Shown here: piece after piece, positions 8,298-16,995 of the stretch
How positions within the stretch are numbered: position 1 is the stretch's first letter
Layout: every line of letters begins with the position of its first letter
Source of the DNA: Myxococcota bacterium
GTDB lineage: Bacteria > Myxococcota_A > UBA9160 > UBA4427
NCBI GenBank assembly: GCA_036336835.1
Contig: JAYZFK010000026.1
Span: forward strand, 1 to 23,644
Reading direction: 5' to 3'
Length of the DNA: 23,644 nt
The notes under the pieces: generated by a model
Database searches by the model: none
Told to the model about the DNA's origin: nothing
Seen by the model: the letters and a program-made list of their open reading frames with translations, nothing else
Program-made: the position numbers and the translations under genes

Positions 8298-8813
8298 CTA
8301 GGGGAGCACAGCCGGCGACGTGGGATCCGAGACGATCGCCACCAGGCCGTGGTAGGCGGCCAGCGTTCCATAGACCCCGAGCAGAATCCACAGTCCGATT
8401 CGGGCGATTCGAAAGTTCTTGTGCACCAGCAGCACGAGCAGCCACAGCCCGGCGACGATGCACTTCTGGAACAGGAACACCGAGTCGCCAGCCTGGATCG
8501 CGAGATCCATCAGCGGATTGCCCTCGCTGCCCCCGCGCCGCAGCCAGATGAGCGTGCAGAAAGCGTCGAGGATGTTGAGTCCGAAGATGCCGAGCAGCAG
8601 CAGGACGTCGCCCCCGCTGAATCGATCGACGTAGGCGTCGCCTTCCTCATCCAGCCGCCGCCCACCGGCGCGTCGGCGATATCCCCGCAATGAATCCCAG
8701 AAGCGCGTGGGCTGGCCGCGCCGGTCGTCTTCGCTGCGGCGATCGGCATTCGGCCAGCTGGGCCCGGCGCTCCGTTGAAGGCCGGGCTCGATCGGGGTGG
8801 TCGACTGCGCCAT
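8298..8813 (-). CDS. DUF5658-like membrane protein with an Arg-rich N-terminus
   Basis: LNILDAFCTL.....G.EGNPLM signature and three hydrophobic segments. N-terminal DRRSEDDRR...RRRAGGRR...YVDR. ATG 8813 preferred because ATG 8879 falls inside the promoter candidate. Confidence 0.75.
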   Translation of the reverse strand: MAQSTTPIEPGLQRSAGPSWPNADRRSEDDRRGQPTRFWDSLRGYRRRAGGRRLDEEGDAYVDRFSGGDVLLLLGIFGLNILDAFCTLIWLRRGGSEGNPLMDLAIQAGDSVFLFQKCIVAGLWLLVLLVHKNFRIARIGLWILLGVYGTLAAYHGLVAIVSDPTSPAVLP

Positions 8814-8875
8814 TGCTCGTGCCTGCTCTCCGATCGATTCGCGTCGCTGTTGGTCGACGGATCCCGATGCCGTTC

Positions 8876-8904
8876 TCATCGGCGCAAACGGACCCCCGGC
8901 TTAG
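8876..8904 (-). promoter_or_regulatory. Sigma-28-like promoter candidate CTAAG-N16-GCCGATGA
   Basis: Minus strand: TAAG at 8903-8900, 16-nt spacer, GCCGATGA at 8883-8876, about 60 nt upstream of ATG 8813. Confidence 0.5.
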
Positions 8905-8953
8905 CCCGGCAAGGCCGGGTTGCTAGCCTCCCGGTCTCGGTCCGGAGGCTGCT

Positions 8954-10165
8954 ATCTCGTCGCCCAGCTCGCCCGCTCCCGACACAGCGCCCCCGGAAGC
9001 GCCCAGAGGGCTCCGCACGCTGCTGACCGTCGTGGTCGTGGACCTGATCAGCTTTGCGATCGTGGTGCCGATCCTGCCGTTCTACGTCGACGAGTTCGGT
9101 GCTGGCGGAATCGAGCTCGGGCTGCTGGTCGCGAGCTTTGCCCTGATGCAGTTCATCGCCGCCCCGCTCTGGGGACGGCTCTCCGATCGCATCGGACGCC
9201 GCCCCGTACTGCTGATCACGATCGCCGGCAACACGGGCGCGCTGCTGCTGCTCGGGCTGGCCGACTCGCTCGGCATGGTGATGCTCGCCCGAATCCTGTC
9301 CGGTGGGTTCGCCGGCAACCTCGGTGTCGCGACCGCCTACATCGCCGACGCAACGAGCGAGCAGGATCGCGCCCGCTGGATGGGGCTGATCGGCCTGGCC
9401 TTCGCGATCGGCTTCACGCTTGGCCCGCTGATCGGCGGGGTCGCATCTCTCTGGGGCTATTCGGCGCCGATGTTCGTGGCCGCGGCCCTCTCGGGCCTCA
9501 ACCTGCTACAGGCGATCGCGCGCCTCCGGGAATCCCCGCGCTCGATCTCCCAGGCGACCTCCAGCCTGTCGCCGCGCCAGGTATTGGAGCTCCCCGGTGT
9601 CTCGCGACTCGTGGGATCGAACTTCGTCTTTGGCTTCGCCGTCACCCAGCTCGAAACCGTCTTCGCCCTCTACATGCTCCACCGCTTCGGCTACGACGCG
9701 CTGCAGGTCGCGATGATCCTGCTCGGCATGGCGATCGTGATGGGCGCGATCCAGGGCGGTGGTATGCGACGCTTGTCCGCCCGCTTCGGGGAGCAGCGCC
9801 TGATCGGCGGGGGCACGGCCCTGCTCGCGATCGGCTTCGTGACGACGCCCCTGATGCAAAGCGTCGGCTGGCTGCTGGTCCCGCTGACCGCGCTCGCCGT
9901 CGGCCGCGCAGTGGTGCAGCCGTCGTTGATGACGCTGGTCTCGTTCCAGTCCAGTGCCGAGAGCCGCGGCTCGGTGATGTCGACCTTCCAGTCCGGTGCA
10001 TCCCTCGCCCGCGTCGTCGGACCGCTCATCGCGGGATTCACCTACGACAAGATCGCCACCGCGCCGTTCGTCATCGCCGGCGTGGCCTGCCTGGGGGTGA
10101 TGGCGCTGTCACGCGGCATGGCGCCGCGCGGCTCGGGACAAGCGGGAGAAGCGCAATCGCTCTAG
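8954..10165 (+). CDS. MFS transporter, TetA/DHA1-like efflux type; probable ATC start (first canonical start is GTG 9032)
   Basis: Motifs D...FAIVVPILPFY, motif A GRLSDRIGRRPVL, AYIAD and G...AFAIGFTLGPLIGG; about 12 hydrophobic segments. GGAGG at 8944-8948 precedes an in-frame ATC at 8954. Confidence 0.9.
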   Translation: MSSPSSPAPDTAPPEAPRGLRTLLTVVVVDLISFAIVVPILPFYVDEFGAGGIELGLLVASFALMQFIAAPLWGRLSDRIGRRPVLLITIAGNTGALLLLGLADSLGMVMLARILSGGFAGNLGVATAYIADATSEQDRARWMGLIGLAFAIGFTLGPLIGGVASLWGYSAPMFVAAALSGLNLLQAIARLRESPRSISQATSSLSPRQVLELPGVSRLVGSNFVFGFAVTQLETVFALYMLHRFGYDALQVAMILLGMAIVMGAIQGGGMRRLSARFGEQRLIGGGTALLAIGFVTTPLMQSVGWLLVPLTALAVGRAVVQPSLMTLVSFQSSAESRGSVMSTFQSGASLARVVGPLIAGFTYDKIATAPFVIAGVACLGVMALSRGMAPRGSGQAGEAQSL

Positions 10166-11625
10166 TGCGCTTCGCGCCGCTCGGACTGGCGCCGGATCGC
10201 GTCCGCTCTCGGAACCCGTCGATAGAGCTGCCAGTCGAAGCCAAAGCCGCCGCTCGCGAAGGAGCGGTCGCGTCGGTACAGCTGGTTCGCGTACTGCAGC
10301 TCCCGCGGGCGGGGATGTCCGACTCGCACGAACCATTCGGGGGCCCGGGCAGGATCCTCCCGGGCAACGAAGACGATGCGCGCATCGGGTACGAAGCGGT
10401 CGTAGAAGCGCAGCATCATGCCCGTGCCGAAGACGTGATCGCTTCCCACGGCGAACTGGTCGCCCACGCTCTCGAGGGCCATGTAGCGGCTGGCGGCGAG
10501 GTACTGACCACGCCCGGCCACCAGCAGGTGGTCGATCTGCTGGGCGTTGCCCCAGACGATTCCGGCGGCCGCACAGGCCGCCGCCAGCTGACCCATGCGC
10601 CCCTTGCGCCAAAGCCAGCCGAGCACGATGGCGACGAGCAGCAGCAGGAACACCTCGCTCACCGCGAAGAAGCGAACGAACAGGGCTCGGGGGCGGCTCA
10701 CCGCAATCACCAGGGCGGGTGCCGCGACTACGACCAGCGCGTAGAGCACCCACTCGCGGTCGCGATCGCGGCGCAGCACGTACAGGCCCAGGCCGAAGAC
10801 GAACGCCGCAACCCACAGCAGCCCCTCTGCTGTGCGGCCGACGAATGGGCCGCCGAGTAGCAGCGATGCCGCCTGGACGACGATGCCGTAGTGGTTGGTG
10901 GTGAACTGGGTACCCGTCAGGCCGGGCAGGTAGAACGCCACGATCACGAACCCGAGCGCGAGAGCCGGCACCGCGTGGAGTCGCACCAGGGGCGCGATCG
11001 CCCCCCGCAGGCCGCCCGCGCGCTCGATCGCGACGGCGGCGCTCCAGAGGCTCAGTCCGATCAGCAGGTTGAGCGCATAGAGGTTGGCCAGCAGGGCCCA
11101 GGCGATCGCGACGCCGTACGCGGCGGCATTGGCCAGCGTGGGACGATCGTGATGACGCTGCAGGGCGTGGAAGGCGGCGAGCGCACCGAGCAGCATCAGC
11201 GAGTAGCCACGTGCCTGCGACGAGTGGTGCACCAGCAGGAACGACGTCGCGAACAGCAACGCTGCGAACACCGCCTCGGCGACGCCCCGACGCGCGGCGA
11301 TCGCAACCGCTAGCGCGATGCTCGCGACACCGGCGATCATCGTGTGGAGCCGATACCACCAGAACGACTCACCGCCGTCGCCGAGCCAGTACAGGAAGAG
11401 CGTGTTGAGCGGGTGATTGTTCGCATGGTGGAGCCGGAAGACCACGTCGCTGGGCGCGAGGATCCGGGGCAACAGTTCGAGCGTCCACACCTCATCGAGC
11501 CACGGGTCGGTCTGCGCGGCGAGCCAGCGCAGCACCAGCCCCAGCGTGCACCCCACGATCGCCGCTGCCATGACGACGCGATCACTGCCGGGCCGCGCCG
11601 CAGGGGCGCTGGTCGATCGAGCCAT
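10162..11625 (-). CDS. Putative GT-C-fold (PMT/ArnT, GT39-like) membrane glycosyltransferase
   Basis: WLDE motif after TM1, NNHPL and SSQARGYSL; many hydrophobic segments. Start is ATG 11625 or 11634. The stop overlaps the MFS stop (CTAG). Confidence 0.75.
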   Translation of the reverse strand: MARSTSAPAARPGSDRVVMAAAIVGCTLGLVLRWLAAQTDPWLDEVWTLELLPRILAPSDVVFRLHHANNHPLNTLFLYWLGDGGESFWWYRLHTMIAGVASIALAVAIAARRGVAEAVFAALLFATSFLLVHHSSQARGYSLMLLGALAAFHALQRHHDRPTLANAAAYGVAIAWALLANLYALNLLIGLSLWSAAVAIERAGGLRGAIAPLVRLHAVPALALGFVIVAFYLPGLTGTQFTTNHYGIVVQAASLLLGGPFVGRTAEGLLWVAAFVFGLGLYVLRRDRDREWVLYALVVVAAPALVIAVSRPRALFVRFFAVSEVFLLLLVAIVLGWLWRKGRMGQLAAACAAAGIVWGNAQQIDHLLVAGRGQYLAASRYMALESVGDQFAVGSDHVFGTGMMLRFYDRFVPDARIVFVAREDPARAPEWFVRVGHPRPRELQYANQLYRRDRSFASGGFGFDWQLYRRVPRADAIRRQSERREAH

Positions 11626-11690
11626 GGGCCCCATGGAATCCGACAACCGCCTCACATGCCAATGGCGGCGGGTCGCGTACCATCGCGCAG

Positions 11691-13847
11691 ATGAGCGGCC
11701 ACGGCACCCCGCGCGCTCAGACGATCGTGGCCGCACTGGCCGCGATCGCCGTGCTGGCACCGGTGCTGGTGCTGGCCGCAGCGCCGACCCGGACCAACGA
11801 CCTGTGGTTCCACCTCGCTGCCGGCCGCAGCTACGCCGCCGAAGGTCCCTGGCCCGGCGCCGATCCGCTGCTGCACACCGCCCACGAGGACGCGCCGGTC
11901 CAGCACGAGTGGCTGTTCGGCGTCGTGGTCCACGCCCTCCACACGACGACCGGCTTTGCCGGGCTGCGGGTCGTCCACGCGCTCGCCGTGCTCGGGACGG
12001 CGACCCTCGCGTTCGCCTGCTTCCGCCGGGCGGGCGCTGGCCCCGCCGTGGCATTCGCCGGAACGACGGCGTTCCTGGTGCTCGGCTGGTGGCGCCTGAT
12101 CCAGCTGCGACCCGACCTCGTGAGCATCCCGGCCACGCTTGCCTGCTACGCGCTGCTGCTGGCCGACGACGAGCCTCCACCTCGCCGCAACATCGCGGCC
12201 GCCGTCGCAATCGCGCTCGGCTGGGCGAACATGCACTCGCTGTTCGCGCTGGGCCCGGCTCTGGTCGTCACGGGTCTGCTGGCGATCGCTCTGCGCAGCC
12301 TGCTGGCCCGGGGCTGGATCACCGGCGACGCCGCGCGTGCTCGGACGCTCGCCGCAACCGGGATCGCCATGCTCGGCGCAGCCGCCTTGAATCCGCGCGG
12401 CTTCGCACAGCACCTGACGTTCTTCACCTCGTCGAGCAACACCGCGATCTGGCAGATCTCCGACGAGTGGAGCCACTTCGACCCGCTGCACTGGCCCGAT
12501 GCGGGCGCAGTGCTCAGCCCGCTGGCCTGGCTGCTGGCCAATGCGTTGATCGTCGGCTCGCTGGCACTGGCTGCTGCGCGTCTGCTCGCATGCGTGCGCG
12601 CCGAGGTCGCCGATCGGCCTGCTGCAATCCGGCGACTCGACGCCGTCCACCTGGGCCTCGCCGCGGCGGGCAGCGTGGCACTGCTCGTTTCGATCCGCTT
12701 CCTGTGGATGGGGATCTTTCCGCTCCTGTTCCTCGCGCGCAGCCTGCCGGCGGCGTCGCAGCGCGCCGGCTGGGGCGGAGCGCTCGGCGCATGCATCCTG
12801 GCGGCCGCGCTGCCCGGCTGGGGCGGACTCGGCGAGCACCAGCGGACGCTGCCGGACAACCTCGCGAACTACTTCGGCTGGCGCTTCGATGCGCGCGCCC
12901 TGCAGCCACGCGGCGTTCGCTTCCTGATCGACAGCGGTGTCTCGGGCAATCTCTTCAACCGCTACACGCACGGAGGCTTCATCGGCTACTGGCTCGCGCC
13001 CCGCGTCCGGACGTTCGTCGACGGTCGAACCGAGCACTATCCGGCGGACGTGCTCGACGACTACTTCCGGATCTCGCACCAGCTCGAGGTCCGCCCCGGC
13101 GAGTCCGCGCTCGAGGCGCTCGACCGTCGGGAGATCGATCTCTATTTCGGCGTCGGCGTGCCGGTCGAGGGCCAGCCGATCTACACCACCGCCCGCCTCG
13201 ACCGCACACCCGGCTGGATCCAGATCTCGCGCTCGGTCGACCATTCGGTGTTCCTGCGCGTCAACCAGCGCAACCGCGCGAACCTCGACCGGGTGGCCGC
13301 CTACTACGCCAATGCAGGCGTTCCGTTCGATCGCGAGAGCGGGTTCGACCCGCTGATCGCCGCCCGGACCCGCCCCGACTGGGCGATCGAGCAGGGCATC
13401 GTGCCTCCCGACTACTCCCAGCTGCTGACGGCGCGCGGCAGCGAGGATCCGCAAGCGCGCGCGCCGGCGCTCGATCGGCTCGGGCTGATGCTCTACCTGC
13501 TCGGTGCCTACGAGGCCCAGATCGCGCTCGATCGCGAGCTCGTCGGGATGAGCCGGCGCGCAATCGAGCCACGCAGGCGGCTGGTCCACTCGCTGCTGCG
13601 ACTCGGCCGAGACGGCGAAGCGGCTCTGCAGGTCTCGGAGATCGCGTCGGTCACGGGGGGAGGCAGCCCGACGACGGAGCTGCTGCGACTGGTGAAGCAG
13701 GTCGAGCAGCTGCGCATCGATCCACACCCGATTCCGCCCGAAGCCGCGATCAACGCGGTGCCCGCCGTCGATCGCCCGACGCTCGTGCGCTTCTTCTCGC
13801 GCGCCCCTCTGCGGCCGACCGAGTTCCCGGAGTCGCGCGGTGGCTGA
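11691..13847 (+). CDS. Multi-pass membrane protein, putative GT-C-like transferase with a C-terminal TPR-like region
   Basis: Motifs DLWFHLAAG, HEWLF, RPD, WANMHS, LNPRG, ISDEW, Y.HGGFI and FVDGR.EHY match a conserved uncharacterised membrane family as I recall it. LGLMLYLLGAYEA / LLRLGRDGEA look TPR-like. Confidence 0.65.
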   Translation: MSGHGTPRAQTIVAALAAIAVLAPVLVLAAAPTRTNDLWFHLAAGRSYAAEGPWPGADPLLHTAHEDAPVQHEWLFGVVVHALHTTTGFAGLRVVHALAVLGTATLAFACFRRAGAGPAVAFAGTTAFLVLGWWRLIQLRPDLVSIPATLACYALLLADDEPPPRRNIAAAVAIALGWANMHSLFALGPALVVTGLLAIALRSLLARGWITGDAARARTLAATGIAMLGAAALNPRGFAQHLTFFTSSSNTAIWQISDEWSHFDPLHWPDAGAVLSPLAWLLANALIVGSLALAAARLLACVRAEVADRPAAIRRLDAVHLGLAAAGSVALLVSIRFLWMGIFPLLFLARSLPAASQRAGWGGALGACILAAALPGWGGLGEHQRTLPDNLANYFGWRFDARALQPRGVRFLIDSGVSGNLFNRYTHGGFIGYWLAPRVRTFVDGRTEHYPADVLDDYFRISHQLEVRPGESALEALDRREIDLYFGVGVPVEGQPIYTTARLDRTPGWIQISRSVDHSVFLRVNQRNRANLDRVAAYYANAGVPFDRESGFDPLIAARTRPDWAIEQGIVPPDYSQLLTARGSEDPQARAPALDRLGLMLYLLGAYEAQIALDRELVGMSRRAIEPRRRLVHSLLRLGRDGEAALQVSEIASVTGGGSPTTELLRLVKQVEQLRIDPHPIPPEAAINAVPAVDRPTLVRFFSRAPLRPTEFPESRGG

Positions 13848-15606
13848 GCCGCGCCGGGGTGCCGCGCTGGCCGCGCTCGCCGCGCTGGCCGGCGCGCTCG
13901 CGACGTGGAGCTGGGGCAAGTGGACCGATCCGCTGATCGACTTCGGGTTCGAGCTGTACGTGCCCTGGCGACTGATCGAGGGCGAGGTGCTCTACCGCGA
14001 CATCGCCTATCGCAATGGGCCGCTGTCGCCCTACTGGAACGCACTGCTGTTCGGAGTGTTCGGCGTGTCGCTGCGCACGCTGGTGATCGCGAACCTCGCG
14101 GTTCTCGCAGCAATCACCGCACTGCTGTTCGGATTGCTCGAGCGTGCGCTGTCGCGGTGGGGTGCGCTGGCTGGCTGCGCGGTCTTCCTGGCGACCTGCG
14201 CCTTCTCGCAGTACGGCAACGTCGGCAACTACAACTTCGTGACGCCCTACCAACACGGGTCGACGCACGGGCTGCTGCTGGGCCTGGCGCTGGTGGCCCG
14301 GCTCGCGCGGGCGCAGCGCCTCACGCACTGGGCGACCGCCGGCGCGCTGCTCGGGGCACTCGGCCTGACCAAGGCCGAGCTGTTCGTCCCCGGGCTGGCG
14401 GTCGCCGCCTGCGCGGCGGCACTCGAGCTGTACGGCGGACGCTCGAGCGCGCTGCCAGCCATCGCCGCACTCGCCGGGGCCAGCCTGCTGGCACCGCTCG
14501 TCGCCTGGCTGGCACTGGCGACCGCGCTGCCGGCCGACGCCGCGCTGCGCGGCGTGCTCGGCAACTGGCCCTACCTGGTGGGAGCCGGAATCTTCCAGGA
14601 CCCGTTCTACGCGCGTGGCGCCGGCCTCGACGCGCCTGCGCATCAGCTGGCCGCGATGCTGGGCGCGGCGGCGGCGCTGACAGCGGCCTGGCTGGCGCTG
14701 GCCGCCAGCGAACGCTGGGCACGCGCCCGGCCGGCGGCCCCCGGCTGGATCGTTCCGCTCGGGCTGGTGGCGGGCATCGGCCTCGGGATCGCCGTGGACG
14801 CTCCGTGGGCACAGCTCGCGCGTGTCCTCCCGCTTGTAACCGGGGTCGCGATCGCACTCTTTCTGCCGGCCAGCCTGCGCGGCGAGGCCCGCGGGCGCAG
14901 CGGCCTGCTGCTCGCTGTGTTTGCCCTGGGACTGCTCGGAAAGCTCGGACTGCACCCACAGATCCAGCACTACGGCTTCGCGCTCGCCGCGCCGGCGCTC
15001 GCGCTGGGAGTTGCCGGGGCCGTCGCCCGGTGGCACACCGCTCCCGCTCGCGGCATCGCCGTTGGACTTGCCGCCGCGTTCGCCAGCGCGCTGGTCGCGG
15101 ACTCGCACGCGATCTACCAGCACAAGAGCTTCGAGCTCGCGAGCGGTCGCGACGCCATCCTCGTCGCCAGCCCGGAGACCAGCCCGCGCGGTCGGGTGCT
15201 GGTGCGCGTGCTGCGCGACCTCGAAGCACAGCTACCAGAGTCGGCGACCCTGCTGGCACTGCCCGAGGGCGCGAGCCTCAACTACTGGCTGCGTCGTCGG
15301 AACTCGACACCTTACTCGCTGTTCCTGCCCACCGAGCAGGTCGCCCAGGGTGGCGCCGAGGCCATGCTCGACCGCATGCGAGCTGCGCCGCCCGACTACG
15401 TTGCCCTCGTCCACCGCGGGCACCGGGAGTTCGGAACCGGACCCTTCCTCGACGATCCGCGCAACGGCGGGGCCTTCCGGAGCTGGCTCGAGCGCGAGTA
15501 CACGCCGATCCAGCTCGTCGGCGCGGAGCCCTTCCGCGGGCCCGCCTTCGGCATCGCAATCCGGCGCCGCCCCGACGGCGCAGCGGCGGCGGCGGCGGCG
15601 GAATAG
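13840..15606 (+). CDS. Putative GT-C-fold (ArnT/GT39-like) membrane glycosyltransferase
   Basis: D.G.ELY...R...GEVLYRDI....GPL..Y loop after TM1, TKAE and HY motifs, and a C-terminal soluble domain (LNYW..R, PPDYV). Overlaps the upstream gene by 8 bp (GTGGCTGA). Confidence 0.7.
   Translation: MAEPRRGAALAALAALAGALATWSWGKWTDPLIDFGFELYVPWRLIEGEVLYRDIAYRNGPLSPYWNALLFGVFGVSLRTLVIANLAVLAAITALLFGLLERALSRWGALAGCAVFLATCAFSQYGNVGNYNFVTPYQHGSTHGLLLGLALVARLARAQRLTHWATAGALLGALGLTKAELFVPGLAVAACAAALELYGGRSSALPAIAALAGASLLAPLVAWLALATALPADAALRGVLGNWPYLVGAGIFQDPFYARGAGLDAPAHQLAAMLGAAAALTAAWLALAASERWARARPAAPGWIVPLGLVAGIGLGIAVDAPWAQLARVLPLVTGVAIALFLPASLRGEARGRSGLLLAVFALGLLGKLGLHPQIQHYGFALAAPALALGVAGAVARWHTAPARGIAVGLAAAFASALVADSHAIYQHKSFELASGRDAILVASPETSPRGRVLVRVLRDLEAQLPESATLLALPEGASLNYWLRRRNSTPYSLFLPTEQVAQGGAEAMLDRMRAAPPDYVALVHRGHREFGTGPFLDDPRNGGAFRSWLEREYTPIQLVGAEPFRGPAFGIAIRRRPDGAAAAAAAE
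15583..15600 (+). repeat. (GCG)6 trinucleotide tract encoding a C-terminal poly-Ala
   Basis: Reads GCA (GCG)6 GAA TAG. Confidence 0.85.
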
Positions 15607-15634
15607 GAGTTTGCCCTGGGGCGGCGAACGGGCT

Positions 15635-15669
15635 CCAGCAAATCCCGCTTGCGGCCGATGCCCTACACT
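15635..15669 (+). promoter_or_regulatory. murA promoter candidates: sigma-28-like CCAG-N15-GCCGATGC plus a sigma-70-like -10 TACACT
   Basis: CCAG at 15635-15638, GCCGATGC at 15654-15661, TACACT at 15664-15669. A hairpin GGTCGCC-acc-GGCGACC follows at 15677-15693. Confidence 0.35.
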
Positions 15670-15706
15670 GAAACGAGGTCGCCACCGGCGACCATGGGGG
15701 ATCTGG

Positions 15707-16987
15707 ATGAGCCAGTTCGTCATCCACGGGGGGCGCCCCCTGTCGGGCGAGATCGTGGCGAGCGGCAACAAGAACGCCGTGCTCCCGATGCTCGCCGCCT
15801 GCCTGCTCACCGACGAGGAGGTGGTGCTCTCCAACGTACCGCTGATCCGCGACGTGACGAGCATGCTCGAGGTGCTCGAGCACCTCGGCGCCGAGGTCTC
15901 GCAGGACGGCAACGTCGTGCGGGTGCGCGCCGCGAACATCAAGACGGGTGAGATTCCGCGCGAGCTCTGCGAAGCGACCCGCACCTCCTTCCTGTTCGTC
16001 GGCCCCCTGCTGACGCGCGTCGATCGGGTCCAGCTGTCCTCGCCGGGCGGCGACGGCATCGGACGACGGCGGCTCGACGCACACCTGTACGGTCTGCGCC
16101 GCCTCGGCGTCGAGGTCGATGCCGACGAGTTCGTGTTCCGCGCCCCCGACCGCATGCGGGGCGGCACGCTGTTCTTCGACGAAGCGAGCGTGACCGCGAC
16201 CGAACACATCCTGATGGTTGCCGCGCTCGCCGAAGGCGAGACCCGACTGCTCAACGTCGCGGGGGAGCCTCACGTCCAGGATCTCGCCAAGCTGCTGATC
16301 GCGATGGGCGCGAAGATCGAGGGGGCGGGGAGCAACACGCTCACGATCCACGGCGTCGAGAAGCTTCGCGGCGCACGCCATCGGGTCGTCTCGGACCACA
16401 TCGAGGTCGGGAGCTACCTCGCGCTCGCAGCCGCCACCGGTGGTGAGATCACCATCCACGACACGGTGCGCAACCACTACTGGATGACCCACCGCGTGTT
16501 CCAGCGCTTCGGCCTCGAGCTCGACATCGCAAAGGACCACGTGCATCTGAAGGGCGGCCAGCAGTCGTGCGTCCAGGCCGATGCCGGCGATGCCCTGCCC
16601 CGCATCGACGACGGCCCGTGGCCGCAGTTCCCCTCGGACATGATGAGTCCGATGATCGTGCTCGCAACGCAGAGCGAAGGCACCGTGCTGTTCTTCGAGA
16701 AGATGTTCGAGAGCCGTCTCTTCTTCGTCGATCCTCTCGTTCAGATGGGCGCGAACGCAGTCGTTTGCGACCCGCACCGCGTTCTGGTGCGCGGCAAGAC
16801 CCACCTGCGTGGCCAGACCGTGCGCAGCCCGGACATCCGCGCCGGCATGGCACTGCTGATCGCCGCCCTGTGCGCCAACCGCCAGCCAAGCATCGTCCAG
16901 AATGCCGAAGTGATCGACCGAGGCTACGAGCGCGTCGAAGAGAAGCTGCTGACACTCGGGGCGGACATCGGCCGCGAGCCGGAGTAG
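15707..16987 (+). CDS. murA: UDP-N-acetylglucosamine 1-carboxyvinyltransferase, Asp-type active-site loop
   Basis: Motifs SGNKNAVLP, R.S....GPLL, PGGDGIGRR.LD.H, SVTATE, EPHVQDL, DHIE.G, PWPQFPSD, FESR, PDIRAG and IDRGYE. Confidence 0.96.
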   Translation: MSQFVIHGGRPLSGEIVASGNKNAVLPMLAACLLTDEEVVLSNVPLIRDVTSMLEVLEHLGAEVSQDGNVVRVRAANIKTGEIPRELCEATRTSFLFVGPLLTRVDRVQLSSPGGDGIGRRRLDAHLYGLRRLGVEVDADEFVFRAPDRMRGGTLFFDEASVTATEHILMVAALAEGETRLLNVAGEPHVQDLAKLLIAMGAKIEGAGSNTLTIHGVEKLRGARHRVVSDHIEVGSYLALAAATGGEITIHDTVRNHYWMTHRVFQRFGLELDIAKDHVHLKGGQQSCVQADAGDALPRIDDGPWPQFPSDMMSPMIVLATQSEGTVLFFEKMFESRLFFVDPLVQMGANAVVCDPHRVLVRGKTHLRGQTVRSPDIRAGMALLIAALCANRQPSIVQNAEVIDRGYERVEEKLLTLGADIGREPE

Positions 16988-16995
16988 GCGAAGCG

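Noticed and set aside
10162..10165. Overlapping convergent TAG stops (CTAG) as a regulatory feature
   Set aside because: This arrangement is common in compact genomes and nothing else supports a function.
15583..15600. (GCG)6 tract as a phase-variation switch
   Set aside because: It is a trinucleotide repeat at the extreme C-terminus, so slippage would neither frameshift nor truncate the protein.
14921..15706. N-terminal extension of MurA (688-aa ORF)
   Set aside because: It is an off-frame overlap with the upstream membrane gene. MurA begins at MSQFVIHGG, position 15707.
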